DNA of 52,725 nt, the filler included, from Sphacelaria rigidula (taxonomy: Eukaryota), in the NCBI GenBank assembly GCA_964200075.2. It is 4 parts of 4 records of this genome, joined end to end, with 100 filler letters (N's around TTAATTAATTAA, not from the genome) between each part and the next. Parts side by side here need not be neighbours in the genome. Positions count along the whole stretch, not along the records: positions 26,415 to 39,520 come from CAXNAA020003150.1; positions 39,621 to 52,725 come from CAXNAA020003151.1; 2 more parts are not named here. One strand, 5' to 3'. Made by a program: the position numbers and the translations under genes. Below are positions 37,701-48,547 of the stretch, piece by piece (position 1 is the stretch's first letter; every line of letters begins with the position of its first letter). Below the pieces are notes generated by a model. It was not told the origin of the DNA, searched no databases, and saw nothing but the letters and a program-made list of their open reading frames with translations.

Positions 37701-39520
37701 GCGTTGGGCAATAATTGACAAGGAGGGTTTTGCCATCGTGAGCACTTTTCGTCGTCTTGAGCATTTAACACGGGATCTTTCAAATTGGGGATGAATCTTT
37801 TATTGGGGATGGGAAACCCGGAAAACTAAAATCTTCGTATCCACACCAAATCTTCGAAATATGGTTGTACTTTTTCACCTTCTGATAGCTATTGACAACT
37901 GCTACACGCCATACAAATTTGGATCTCGATCACCGAAATGTTGGGGTCCTAGGGGAAAAAACAATTTTGGGGAATTCCGGGTGTCCGAACGGACGCTAAA
38001 ATGGTTCTGAAGTTGGTTTTTCACCTAGGACCCCAACATTTTGGTGATCGAAATCCAAATTTGTATGGCGTGTAGCAGTTGTCAATAGCTATCAGTGGGT
38101 GAAAAAGTGGAACCATATTTCGAAAAAATGGTGTGGATAAGAATATTTTAATTCTCCGGGTTTCCCATCCCCAATAAAAGATCCATCCCCAATTTGTAAG
38201 ATCCCGTGTTATTTATTGCGGAATGGCGTACACGTTTACACGGATCACCGAAATCTAGCGTACATTTCCAACCCGGAGGCATGCGTGACGTCTGTATCGA
38301 AGGCGTCGGCACAGCGATTGGAGGGATGGAAAGGTGTATTAGGACAGTATCGGTACACGATTTGTCATATTTCGGGTGAGCGTAACGCGTGGGGTGACTT
38401 GCTGTCGCGCTGGGTATATATTCCCACTTTGCCTGCGCGCGCTGTGGCTGTGTATGGCCCGTGCGAACCTGATTACTCGATGCCGCCCAAATCTGTTGTC
38501 CGCCATGCGAAACGAAAAGACCTTGGGGCCGAAGATGCGGATGTGCAATCCTTCGAGTCGGACGTTGGTACTGCTATCGTGGAAAATGAAGGTCTGTCTC
38601 GTGTGCATGTGCGTGGCCGAAACGTTTTGTGGATTTCGAGTTCTGACAAGCAGTTGCACGTACGTCTGATGATTTGCGCGCACATGCGCGACGCCGGGCA
38701 TCGTGGTGTGGCTGCGACGCTCGTGCGCTTACAAGAGTTTTGTGTCTGGAAGGGGATAGAAACTAATGTGCGCGAATTTGTCCGCCAGTGTCTTCACTGT
38801 GCTGACTCGAGGGCGGGCGATGTTGTTCCCCGCCCGCTCGGTGAAACGGTTCATGGGACCACGCCGAATGAAGTGGTTCATTTTGACTTCTTGCACGTAG
38901 GCGAGAGTGGCCCGCTAGCTTCCCAAGGTTTGTCGGAGGATGCTGGATTCCGATACATTTTGGTCATCATGGATGATTTGAGCAATTTCGTGGCTCTGGA
39001 ACCAGTAGCCGTGTGTACTGCTGAATCGACTGCTGCGTCTTTGCTGAACTGGTGCAAAACTTTGGGGGTGCCCCGTGTGTGGGTAAGTGATACCGCCACG
39101 CATTTGAAAAATGCGATCTTGGCTAGGTTGCGAGAAGCTTTGCGCGTTGATCACCGGTTTGCGGTAGCGTGTTTTCTGTGGTCTAACGGTACGTGCGAAC
39201 GCATGGTCAAGGAAGTAGTTCGTGCTCTTCGATCTATTCTTCTCCAGCAGCGTCGAGAGGTGACCGAGTGGGTGGACGTGTTGCCCGCTGTACAATGGGC
39301 GCTAAATATAGCATATCGTCGTCGGTACGATAGTACGCCGTATCACGTGATGTTTGGCCGTGCCCCTCGGACGTCTTTCTCGGTGCTGGCGTACTCGTCG
39401 GCCGGGGAATGGAAGTGTGATGTTTCGGACGATGTTCAAATTAAGAGTGCATTGAAATGAGTCTTGGACTTGCAAGAACGTTTCCAAGTTCAAGTGCAGG
39501 AGCGTGTTGCAGCTGAACGT
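34765..39520 (+). mobile_element. Ty3/Gypsy LTR retrotransposon, RT core deleted, truncated by contig end
   Basis: Gag 35266-~36050 with CFQCGQVGHIAR*C knuckle; protease AVLDSGA (~36630); RT N-terminus (PARVEPMRV..KPRRY); RNase H (FPDA..W..EPLAFLS..RWAIIDKEGFAI..VYTDHRNL); integrase with HHCC (H..AGH..CLHC) and D,D,E (HFDF, VSDTATH, ERMVKE). The 5' LTR boundary (~34765-34957) is tentative. Confidence 0.9.
37767..38210. mobile_element. 444-bp foldback MITE with 4-bp TSD inserted in Gypsy RNase H
   Basis: Perfect ends AACACGGGATC...GATCCCGTGTT, ~190-bp inverted arms, TSD ATTT at 37763-37766 and 38211-38214. Removing it restores RRLEHLLRNGVHVYTDH in frame. Confidence 0.93.
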
Positions 39521-39620
39521 NNNNNNNNNNNNNNNNNNNNNNNNNNNNNNNNNNNNNNNNNNNNTTAATTAATTAANNNNNNNNNNNNNNNNNNNNNNNN
39601 NNNNNNNNNNNNNNNNNNNN
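39521..39620. other. Artificial contig spacer
   Basis: N44-TTAATTAATTAA-N44. Confidence 0.97.
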
Positions 39621-39687
39621 AATCGAACCCTCCTACTCAACCATCAGAAGGTTATGAGGTTACCAACTGAGCCACCGGGGCGACCGG
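39621..39687 (-). mobile_element. tRNA-derived SINE head
   Basis: rc CCGGTCGCCCCGGTGGCTCAGTTGGTAACC...GGGTTCGATT contains pol III A and B boxes; same family as 8440-8813. Confidence 0.65.
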
Positions 39688-40334
39688 AAAGTAAGTAATT
39701 TCAGACGAATTAATACTCGTCCAACCCTTGAAAATGATTCTTCTGTGAGCCCTCTTGCGATCAGGGTTGCATAGCAAACAGAGCGCACGCGTTATTACTG
39801 GAGTAGTCCGCGCGACTATGACAGGATAGTGGCTTTCGCGCTCAGCTGTCGAACACTTCTTCTGTAAACCGCAGCAGGTGCTACGCAGCTTTTGGCCTCA
39901 CCCTTGTAGGCCAGACAGTGTACGTTAGCTTACTTTGAGAACGGCGTGCTGTAGTATGCACGACAGACTGCAATGGAGTCGGCTCAGTATACGTATCATT
40001 ACAGCGCTTGCAGTACAGTGCCGCACCGACATGTCGTCGAATGTTTTCATGCCATTCTCGTCATACGTGTAAAATGCAAACGATGTACCGAGTATGGGTG
40101 ATTGAAACTTATATTAACACGAAGATTGAAAATAGATTTCGAGCGGGCTGTAACCGTGAAAACCCCAGCGGATGCACGACGTCGATTAATTTATGTTTGC
40201 CCTTGTATTGAGTCATAAAACACGGTACAAGTCCACCAGCTCCTCAAGTGAAGGCACTTCTATTTCATAGCGCAGGCTTCGAGACCTCTGACGCTATGGC
40301 AGCGTTTGACTTCCTTCACTCGTCAAATTATTCT

Positions 40335-40620
40335 CTATGACTGCTTGAGCGATACCAGTAGGTGAACGTTGCCCGGGTCCAGGCTGTTGCGTGTCTTGGT
40401 AAGTATATGTCCAGCGATTGAGAGCGTGCGTCCAGATCGTGCCTGTGTTGCCGGGGTGGCGAGCAAGCGCCGGGCAAGGAGCCTAGAGAAGAGGAAAGTC
40501 GGTGGAATTATCCATTCCACCACTCGAGGCGGTTCGGGTGGACTGTCTCACCCCCGCCCTGCTCTTAGAGAGCCACGCCCGCGGACTTCCGGTACGCCTC
40601 GACCTCTGGTGCAGCTCGGC
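40335..40620 (-). mobile_element. hAT transposase C-terminal dimerisation-domain fragment (decayed)
   Basis: Translation across frameshifts: EVEAYRK..LEWW..NSTDFP..LARRLLATPATQARSGRTLSIAGHILTKTRNSLDPGNVHLLVSLK. This matches the hAT WW..FP.L..LAR..L..PATS..SER.FS.AG..L...RNxL motif. Confidence 0.8.
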
Positions 40621-40716
40621 GTCGATAAGGATTCGGGTTCACCGGCAAAACAGCGGTTGTTGACGAAGCAAGCAATCGGTGCTGCTTGCGCTTGAAGAGC
40701 TGCCTCATGTGAACCC

Positions 40717-41510
40717 GTGGCGGATACGATGCCGGCAGCGATAGTGTTGGTGGTGGACAACGATTGTTGGGAGGTGCAGACCACTCCGCAAATAGCGGCC
40801 GGTGAGAGGTCGAGTGGTTGGCAAGCGCGGCTCTGGAAAATGGCCGTGCGGAAAAGTAACGCGGACACTGGGAGAAGTCAGCGATTCGAGACCGAGGTTA
40901 GGCAGACAAGCTAGAAGAAAATGCACCCGCCATCGCCATGGAAGTTCTTCCGAGTATATCTCTGCCAATATTTTGGAGAAGACTGCGGTCTGCAAGCTAC
41001 GCACACCCCAGACAGTTTATAACATTGTAAAATAATGTGCTGCGAACAGTATGGAATCTGTTGTCTATTGCAATGGCCGCAATAGTCAATATTGTACGTA
41101 GTACACTTTTTGCCAATGTAATCTATTTTCCAGGGTGTGAAGCTACGCGATCCAGCCGAACATAACTGTCATGGTGGCAATAGTGTTCGGCCGCAACGCA
41201 TAGCTAGCAGCTCGTGATGATCATGTTTGAGCCCTGGTGGGGACATGCTTGGAAGAGCTTCCGTGGCGGGTGCATCTTTTCCGGCTAGTCTGCCAAATCT
41301 CGGTCTCGAGTCATGGACTTCTCTCAGTTTCCGCGTTACTTTTCCGCACGGTCATTTTCCAGAGCCACGCTCGCAAACTGCTTGACCTCACCGGTACTGT
41401 TGAAGTTATCCGGCCGCCGTTTATGGCGTGGTCTGCACCTCTCAACTTTTTGTTGTCCCATCACTGTCGCTGTCTTTGTCTCTCGCGTTACCTTATCCGT
41501 CATGGTCATC
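40717..41510. repeat. Long inverted repeat (~230-bp arms, ~300-bp spacer)
   Basis: 40795-40945 (CCGGTGAG..GGCTCTGGAAAATGGCCGTGCGGAAAAGTAACGCGGA..) is the reverse complement of ~41255-41395; weaker similarity extends outward. Confidence 0.75.
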
Positions 41511-42554
41511 GAAGGACATGGTGGTGCCTGGGTATCTCCTTGTGGTACACAGTGGGGTATGGTCACTCCCGTTATCTTCTCAATACAAATGATGGCGCTA
41601 TACGCTGGGGTACGTGATGGGCCAGCCTAGACACGGGTTCAAGCTCTCACAGCCATGTTTCGTCGACACAGACGAATTGAGCCGCGATCCGCATATATCT
41701 CATCAATCGTGCAATCAAGGGGAAGATACCCATCTGCCCAAAAGCCTGGGCCAATTTTCTCTCGCTCATTGAGCGCCGTGTCGAGTAATTTCTATACCAT
41801 ACGGAGATAGGTCCCATGCTAAAGTCTATGTGAAACCCTGAACCATATGTTCAGCGGATTATGACGATTTTTGTTGTGAACATTAGAACATTCCCTGGAG
41901 CACGGGGAAACGATGGATACCCTTACCTTCACCTAATTCGTCATCTATCTAGAGATACGGTGCACCACAAGATTCCGTAGTAAACTCAATATACTTACGA
42001 GCAGACGAGTCTCATTTTTTGAGAGTGGTACTTTGGAATTTGGTATGGAGAATCGCGAAAGCATGATGAAAAAATATTTCAGCTCTTTACGATTTTGTAT
42101 TTTATTTTTTCATTTCTTGGGGGCGTTTTAGTCAAAAATGGACATTGTTTTTGGCCCTTATTTGTCTCCTAGCTCAATTTCTAGAATTATGATTTGAAAG
42201 TGAGTATGGAGAATCGCAAGAGCTTACCGAAAACAAGAAAGAAGCGGGCGTTCGTTTTTTTTATTGGTGAGTTGGAAACATTCTCGTGAAAAATGGTCTT
42301 GACTATCCTTTTATAAAACGCCCTCGATACTTGAAAAAAATGAAGGGCTCGTTTTATTTTCATTATGCCCCAGCGATTTGCCACATAAAATTCCAAAGCA
42401 CAAGTGCCCAAACTGGGGTGGAGAATGACCTGCAAAATGCAGTTTCAATTTTTGACCGGCCGATATTCTAAATCGACTGTTCGTACCGCAATTTGTGAGT
42501 GTCAGCTTCCAAATTTTGAATGGTGAATGACTAGGGCATAATAAAGAAAAATAT

Positions 42555-42757
42555 CAAGGGTAGGTCGAGTAGAGTACACTCAATTGCGGGTGTTTTGAAA
42601 GTCCTACTTAAAGAACACAAATTGGGGGTAGGGTTTCAGGAATCGCTTCCCAGCTATTTTTGGGTACCACTCCCAACACTCTACCCTAACTTGAGCACCC
42701 CAAGCACGTCTTCCAAAATACCCCGCAATTGAGCATACTCTACTCGACCTGCCCTTG
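42555..42757. mobile_element. hAT-type MITE (203 bp, 8-bp TSD)
   Basis: TIR CAAGGG[T/C]AGGTCGAGTAGAGTA..CTCAATTGCGGG; identical flanking 8-mer AAAAATAT at 42547-42554 and 42758-42765. Confidence 0.9.
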
Positions 42758-44083
42758 AAAAATATGCAGAGACCAAGGGAAAATGTTTTCATTTCATCAT
42801 GAGTTGCCAATATTTTACTGAAAATTGGATCTTTGTAGTTGTCCTCATCTCATGAATATATATATATATATATATATATTATTTTTTTCTTCCCATCATT
42901 TTTTTCATCACGCTCTTTTCATTTTTCCGTACCAAATTCAAAAGTCTCACTTCAATATCGAGGTAAGAACGGGCCTTTAACCTCCAGATCCGCTTCTAGG
43001 CTGGCGTAGGCCGTGTGCTTACTTACTCCTGCTCAATTTTGATTAATTGAATGATTGATTGTCGCACTTTAACTGACCACTCATGGGTCCAGCCGTGGTC
43101 GCATGATAGACGTACCCAAGAAAAGCAAAACTGACACACTCGCTCACGAAACGAAGGAACAGAAATAAAGTCGACTTCTGTACGGTGTACCGACTGAAAT
43201 TCGGGTATTTGCACAAGTACAAAAATATATAAATATTTTCGGTGAATGGCCTCCCGAACCGTAACGAGGTGTTCGGAGCAGGGCTCGATACCCTGCCGGA
43301 CCGAACCGGAATGTTCGATACACAGTTTGGCATGACTGAGCATTCCAACCAAAAAAATCTCCCCTTTCGGGTATACCATATCCATTCACAACCTCGTAAC
43401 ACATGATATACACATGACTACATGGCGCTCACTACGTGACACTTACACCCGCGATGTATGCGCCGTCCACGCACGATGTGATATATCGACGATGTGTGAT
43501 TGTATCGCCCCCGTCGAAAAAAGATAGATGAACTGCTACATCGTACATGTATCGTGACGATACACGATCCTACTAGTGTACATCCCGACTACATGATGGT
43601 TTCGCAGCCGCCAATTGATACGGTTAGCAACTTGCACTCGAGATGCGCACAGCCTTTCCCTGCACGCCATGTGACTTCTGCCGTCCGCGAGGCAACAAGA
43701 CACACCGACTCGTATAATCTGTCGTTCAATTGATTAAGTACTGCGTCCTTTTTGGGGATTGCACCCAACCGAGATTGACAGAGAATCGATGCTTCGCGTG
43801 ATAGACCGTACATGGCGCAGTCGGGATGGCGAAGAATAGCACCCACCCGTTCACGTCTTGGGTTTTTGCGCATTTTACTGATGCCCATCCACGACTGAAT
43901 GGATCTCCATGGACTACAAACCTTCTGTGTGGGTGACAAGTAGCTGTCGTCAAATCCAATGCTCCTGCACCTGGGTGCTCAATGGGTGTTATCATGCGCC
44001 GCTGCACGACGAAAACATCTCCACAGTTATCTCCACAGTTCGAGAAAGCACAGAAAAATGGGCCCATGGTCCTGTACGGTATA

Positions 44084-44678
44084 CGAGCTGGGCCCGCTGA
44101 CAACAGTGCTTTTTTTATGTTTCCGGGCCCGGCTGTGGGTAATTCGAGAAGTAGGGCGCTGAAATATTGACACGATTTTTGTTCGTCAATACGCACAACC
44201 TTCCGGGGGATGCAGCGGAAAAAAACCCAGAAAGTTTAGAGCGAATATGAAGTTTCTGCAAAAAGTTGAAAAATGCTATTACTCCGTGAAAATAAAGAAA
44301 TACGTCGGCATCCCTCGGGTTGTTATGCGTACTTGTGTGCAGGAGATCATGGTGCAGGTTCGGCCAAAACTACCTCATTTTGGGAGCAGCAGGGCACTTT
44401 TTGTGTGACACCGCTGCGCCCCTTAAATCTAAGTGGTGTAGGAGACTCCAGTTATGGAAGTCACGGGTTCGAATCCCGAGGGATTCCTTTTTTTTATTCC
44501 GTCGGCAAGGTCATACATTATGTGGTACATTTTTTTAAATTATTCATTCAGCGGCGGTGCCGTGCGTTACCAGGTTGGTCTGCAGGTCACACCGATATAC
44601 TCGAGTCTGGCTGATTTGGTAAACTTGAAATGTTATGGTGTGACATGCAAATGCGGGATTTACTGCTGGCCCAGCTCG
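44084..44678. mobile_element. Tc1/mariner-type MITE (TA TSD)
   Basis: TA|CGAGCTGGGCC ... GGCCCAGCTCG|TA; non-coding interior. Confidence 0.6.
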
Positions 44679-45866
44679 TATGCAGTACAGCCGTGCGGAG
44701 TATAGTGCAAGGGGTCGCTGTTTCGTACAAGTGAATCATGACAGTGTCACGCGGGCGGGCGGCCCCACGCCCCCCGTCTCGGTGTAAAAATCAGTCAAGC
44801 ATTTTTCAGAGCTGTGAGACACGGTTGGGAAAAGTTTTCTCGCCGCAATGAGGAGGTCCGGAAAAGCTAGCCCCTTGATTTTTTTTCCCCACAATAAATG
44901 TTGTCCCGGGCAAATGAATGACAGGCGCGCCTTACTGGGCTTGCAAGGTTCGCTGTCAGCTTTATTTTGCGCGTGCGCCCGTTGAAACGATGACGAGAAA
45001 TCACCTTGGAGAATGACCCAAGCGCTGTTATTTCGCGCTTGATTTTTTTGCATACGAACCTTGCTGTGACGAAGGAGTCTGGTACCCTCCGGAGTTGATT
45101 TGCGCCACCGCATCAATACCCGCAGCGGAATAGCAGTAAACGCTGGTTTCGAAAAATAAATAAATCTACCAAGCTGTCGCTCCGCCCAGTTTCGGATGCA
45201 TGAGGTGGAATTTTATACACGTGGTGGTACTCGCATCACGACAACCGCGCCGCGTCACCTTTGTGATAGTGTCCCCTCACGCGTTGAGTCGATCGTTGAT
45301 TACAGCGATTTTGTTAGCAACAGTCATGCTCCAAAAAAAAAGTTCATGTTGGCAAAAAATCTCGACCCCAGAGGACAAGATTAAAAGAGTGTGACGACAG
45401 AGGTCATCCGTAGGTAACCCGCGTGCAAATATGTTGGTGAAGGCTTCATTCAGCCCCACGGATATCATACTGGACGCGACAGGAGCGATTTAGCTTCACA
45501 TCGGAATAGTCTTTGACATTACCCGCAGTGGATCTATCGGAAAATATCCCAAGGGACAGCGTAGCTCGAGTCGAGACTGGGGACAAAAAATAGATGCCCA
45601 AACCGGTTTTTACGGCTATGTGTTGTCTTCGGTGCGCAAAACTCTCATCAACATTCGGAGCCTCCAGTGTGTTGCCCCAAATATCCCACAAAATACCTCA
45701 CATGGTGAAGAGACATGGCACGCTTCATTTTTTTTTCATGAGTACCGTAGCCATGGCGAAATATGGGTACAAAATCCTTTTTTATTGTTCACAGAGATCG
45801 ACGCACCAGTCAGACCACAGTGTTGGGTTTGTTCGCCTTGACCCCAGCTTTTCACGGTAAGTATAT

Positions 45867-46143
45867 GAGCCATGCTACGGTAGGGGTCGCACTTTTTGCT
45901 TCTGGGTCTCTTTTTTTGTAGGAGCCCAAATATATGAGGCTTACTGTGCAACCCAAATCTCAAGGGACTGACGTCCCAGAAATATGGCGTGTGCATGCAA
46001 GGACCTTTTCGCGAAGCGCCATCATTTTCAGTATTTTTCGAGTAAAAATGATGCCGATTCTCGAAATGATCCGTCCAACACCCCGAGCTTCCCTGATGAA
46101 ACGTTTTCGCTAAAAAATTGCCACCCCTACCGTAGCATTGCTC
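45867..46143. mobile_element. MITE (TIR GAGC[C/A]ATGCTACGGTAGGGGT)
   Basis: ~30-bp inverted ends; related to the 6660 MITE. Confidence 0.75.
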
Positions 46144-46289
46144 GTGTGATGATGCTGCATCTGACGTACTCGTTGTACATTCCGAGAATACGCGGCGTTG
46201 AAGGAATATTGCGAAGTTGTATTCTGTTGGGTATGGGCGGCATGTTCGGTAGGGTGCGAGATTTGTCTTACATAATTTATAAAACCGTT

Positions 46290-46635
46290 GGGTGACGGTA
46301 TAGAAGTGTTACAGAACTTACAGAATCTGTCGGGAACTGTATGGAGGTTGTATGGACACCCTAACCCGCAACCGGGTATTTCTACAGGGGTATACCCGTA
46401 TCCCGGGTAACGACACCCGGGTATCACTACAAGGGTATACCCGTATCCCGGGAAAGGGTAGACAATTCGCACAGGTCGTACAGAGCTGTCGGGTACCGGT
46501 ATTGGAGGCTTGAAATACGCACAGAACTGTCGTGCACGGGTGTGGGAAGCTTGCAGAACTCACAGAACCTGTCGGGTATGGGTAATACCCGGGTGAATAC
46601 CTCGGATATACAATAATTCGTACCCTGCAGAACAA
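46290..46635. repeat. Repeat with CAGAACT[T/C]ACAGAA.CTGTCGGG and TACCCGTATCCCGGG subunits
   Basis: Internally repeated motifs at 46311-46335, 46385-46452 and 46555-46580. Confidence 0.55.
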
Positions 46636-47124
46636 GCTGACCTTGAGATATTTCGAAAGCAAGCTTCCATACAATATGGTGTTCGCGCATAGTCAGGTTT
46701 GTGTCTGTTCTTGGAATTGTTTTTTTACCCCTGTGATAAGATTCCCCCCGACGACGCTTAAAAGGGGAAGCATTTACAATATTTTGCTTCTGGTGCGAGA
46801 CTAGCTTTCAAGGAGTGAGGTCGTCGACCATGGATACAATGGACGATCAATTTTAGTGTGAGGATGAATCGTGAACATAATAGTTACACGGTGGGCCGAC
46901 GGAAAAACAGCATGGGGGACGATTTTCACATGCTATAAGCGTGTACCTGATGATCTTGCATGCGATAGCCACATGACCATTGACCTTGCATCTTGTTGGG
47001 AGGGGGCTCGGAGGGGAGGGGAACGCGACGAAATAGAAACCAACCCATCTCAGCCACCGCCCAAGTGACAACCGCCCGTTCAATTTCAATTTTTCGTTCT
47101 TGCCCGTCCTTCCTCCACAACCAG

Positions 47125-48512
47125 CCGTCTTACCGGCGCAGGCGCCGCGGAAAAGGCGTTTGGGGGGCCCAGTGGCCATGCGTTCTATGGACTTTCCCGA
47201 TGTGGGCATGGGTGAGCCCAGTCGGCCGGCGGTAGATATGAGTGACCTTAAGGGATCGCCGGGCGACACTTATCTCAAGTGCGGGAAGTGCCAGGCGTGC
47301 TACGCCGTAGATATCGAGGTAAAAGAATATACGAGAGCTGCTCATACTTTGGTATATGGTATACACTAGTAGTAATCTATTGTTTTGTTGGAGTTGGGAG
47401 CGTTTTTCGTCATCAGACACATGTGATGGTTGAAACAAAACCTTGTCGGGGAAAAAAATGGTTTGACTGATTGTCGGGTGCATTCACTGCCCCCCCCCCC
47501 CCCCCAAGGGATTCAGCTGCAGTCTCAAGAGAAGAGTCGTTTTCTTCACATCAAATACATGGGATGGTGGTTGAAACAAACCTTGTACACGTCGGACAGA
47601 TCATGATCCGTCTGAAACAACCAATCAGAGAAGACTCTCGAATCTGTTGGTCCAGAAACACAAAATATGAAATGTGACTGCGGAATCACTACATCCTCAG
47701 CGCAACCTTTCCGCTACTCGGTGTACTCGGCTTCCGGCGCTGTTGGAAACAAACATGGAAAAGAGGGGTCAAATGATCCGAATCAGTATGCTGAGATAAT
47801 TTTTTTTCAGACGGATCATGATCTGTCCGACGCGTGAAATCTTGTCGGAAAGAAAATGAGTTGACAGATAGTCGTGTGCATTAACTGCCGCCCCCCGAGG
47901 GATGCAGCTGTAGTCACAAGAGAAGGCGTACCCAAGGTATAACGAGAAAAAACGGTGAGGGAAAACCAAACACGAGAAAGGGGGGAAAGGAAAAAAAGAA
48001 AGACGCGGGAAAGCAAGCAGAAATGCTTGAAATAATCTGGGACGGACCCCGATGAACATTGCTTCATGTTTCTTTTTTCATGTTGACCGTGTCCCGCCCG
48101 CGGTATCATACCTGCGGTACTCGTAAGTGAAAGCCACAAGGTTTGGCCACGGTATCAACACCGAGGGGAGGGATACCGCAAGCTTCATGGCATTGTTGCC
48201 AATTTTGACCTTTTTTTTGTCAACACACGCATACTTTACTGTTGGGTTCAAAATGGCTGCTATTCTAAATTCCCGAGGGGTTTCCGTGTTGGGGAGGCGG
48301 GCGGCCATTTTTTTTTTCGCTTTCATTTTTCAGACTAGTGTTTGTTATACCTTTCTGTTTTCTTCACTTCTTCTCAGCGTGTCTTTCTTGTGGGGAGGGG
48401 GGAGGGGGGGCGTATTTCCGGAGTTTTTTTTTATCTCGGGCACGTCTCTCTTGTGACCACGCGTGGATCCCTCAGGCGATCAGTTAATATTCGACAATGA
48501 ATGGCTGAATAT

Positions 48513-48547
<35 letters not shown>

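Noticed and set aside
39621-39687. tRNA gene
   Set aside because: A and B boxes are present but there is no complete cloverleaf, and homologous degenerate copies attached to a common body indicate a SINE head.
44430-44495. tRNA-like B box (GGTTCGAATCCC) followed by a T-run
   Set aside because: No convincing acceptor or anticodon stems; it lies inside a MITE-like element.
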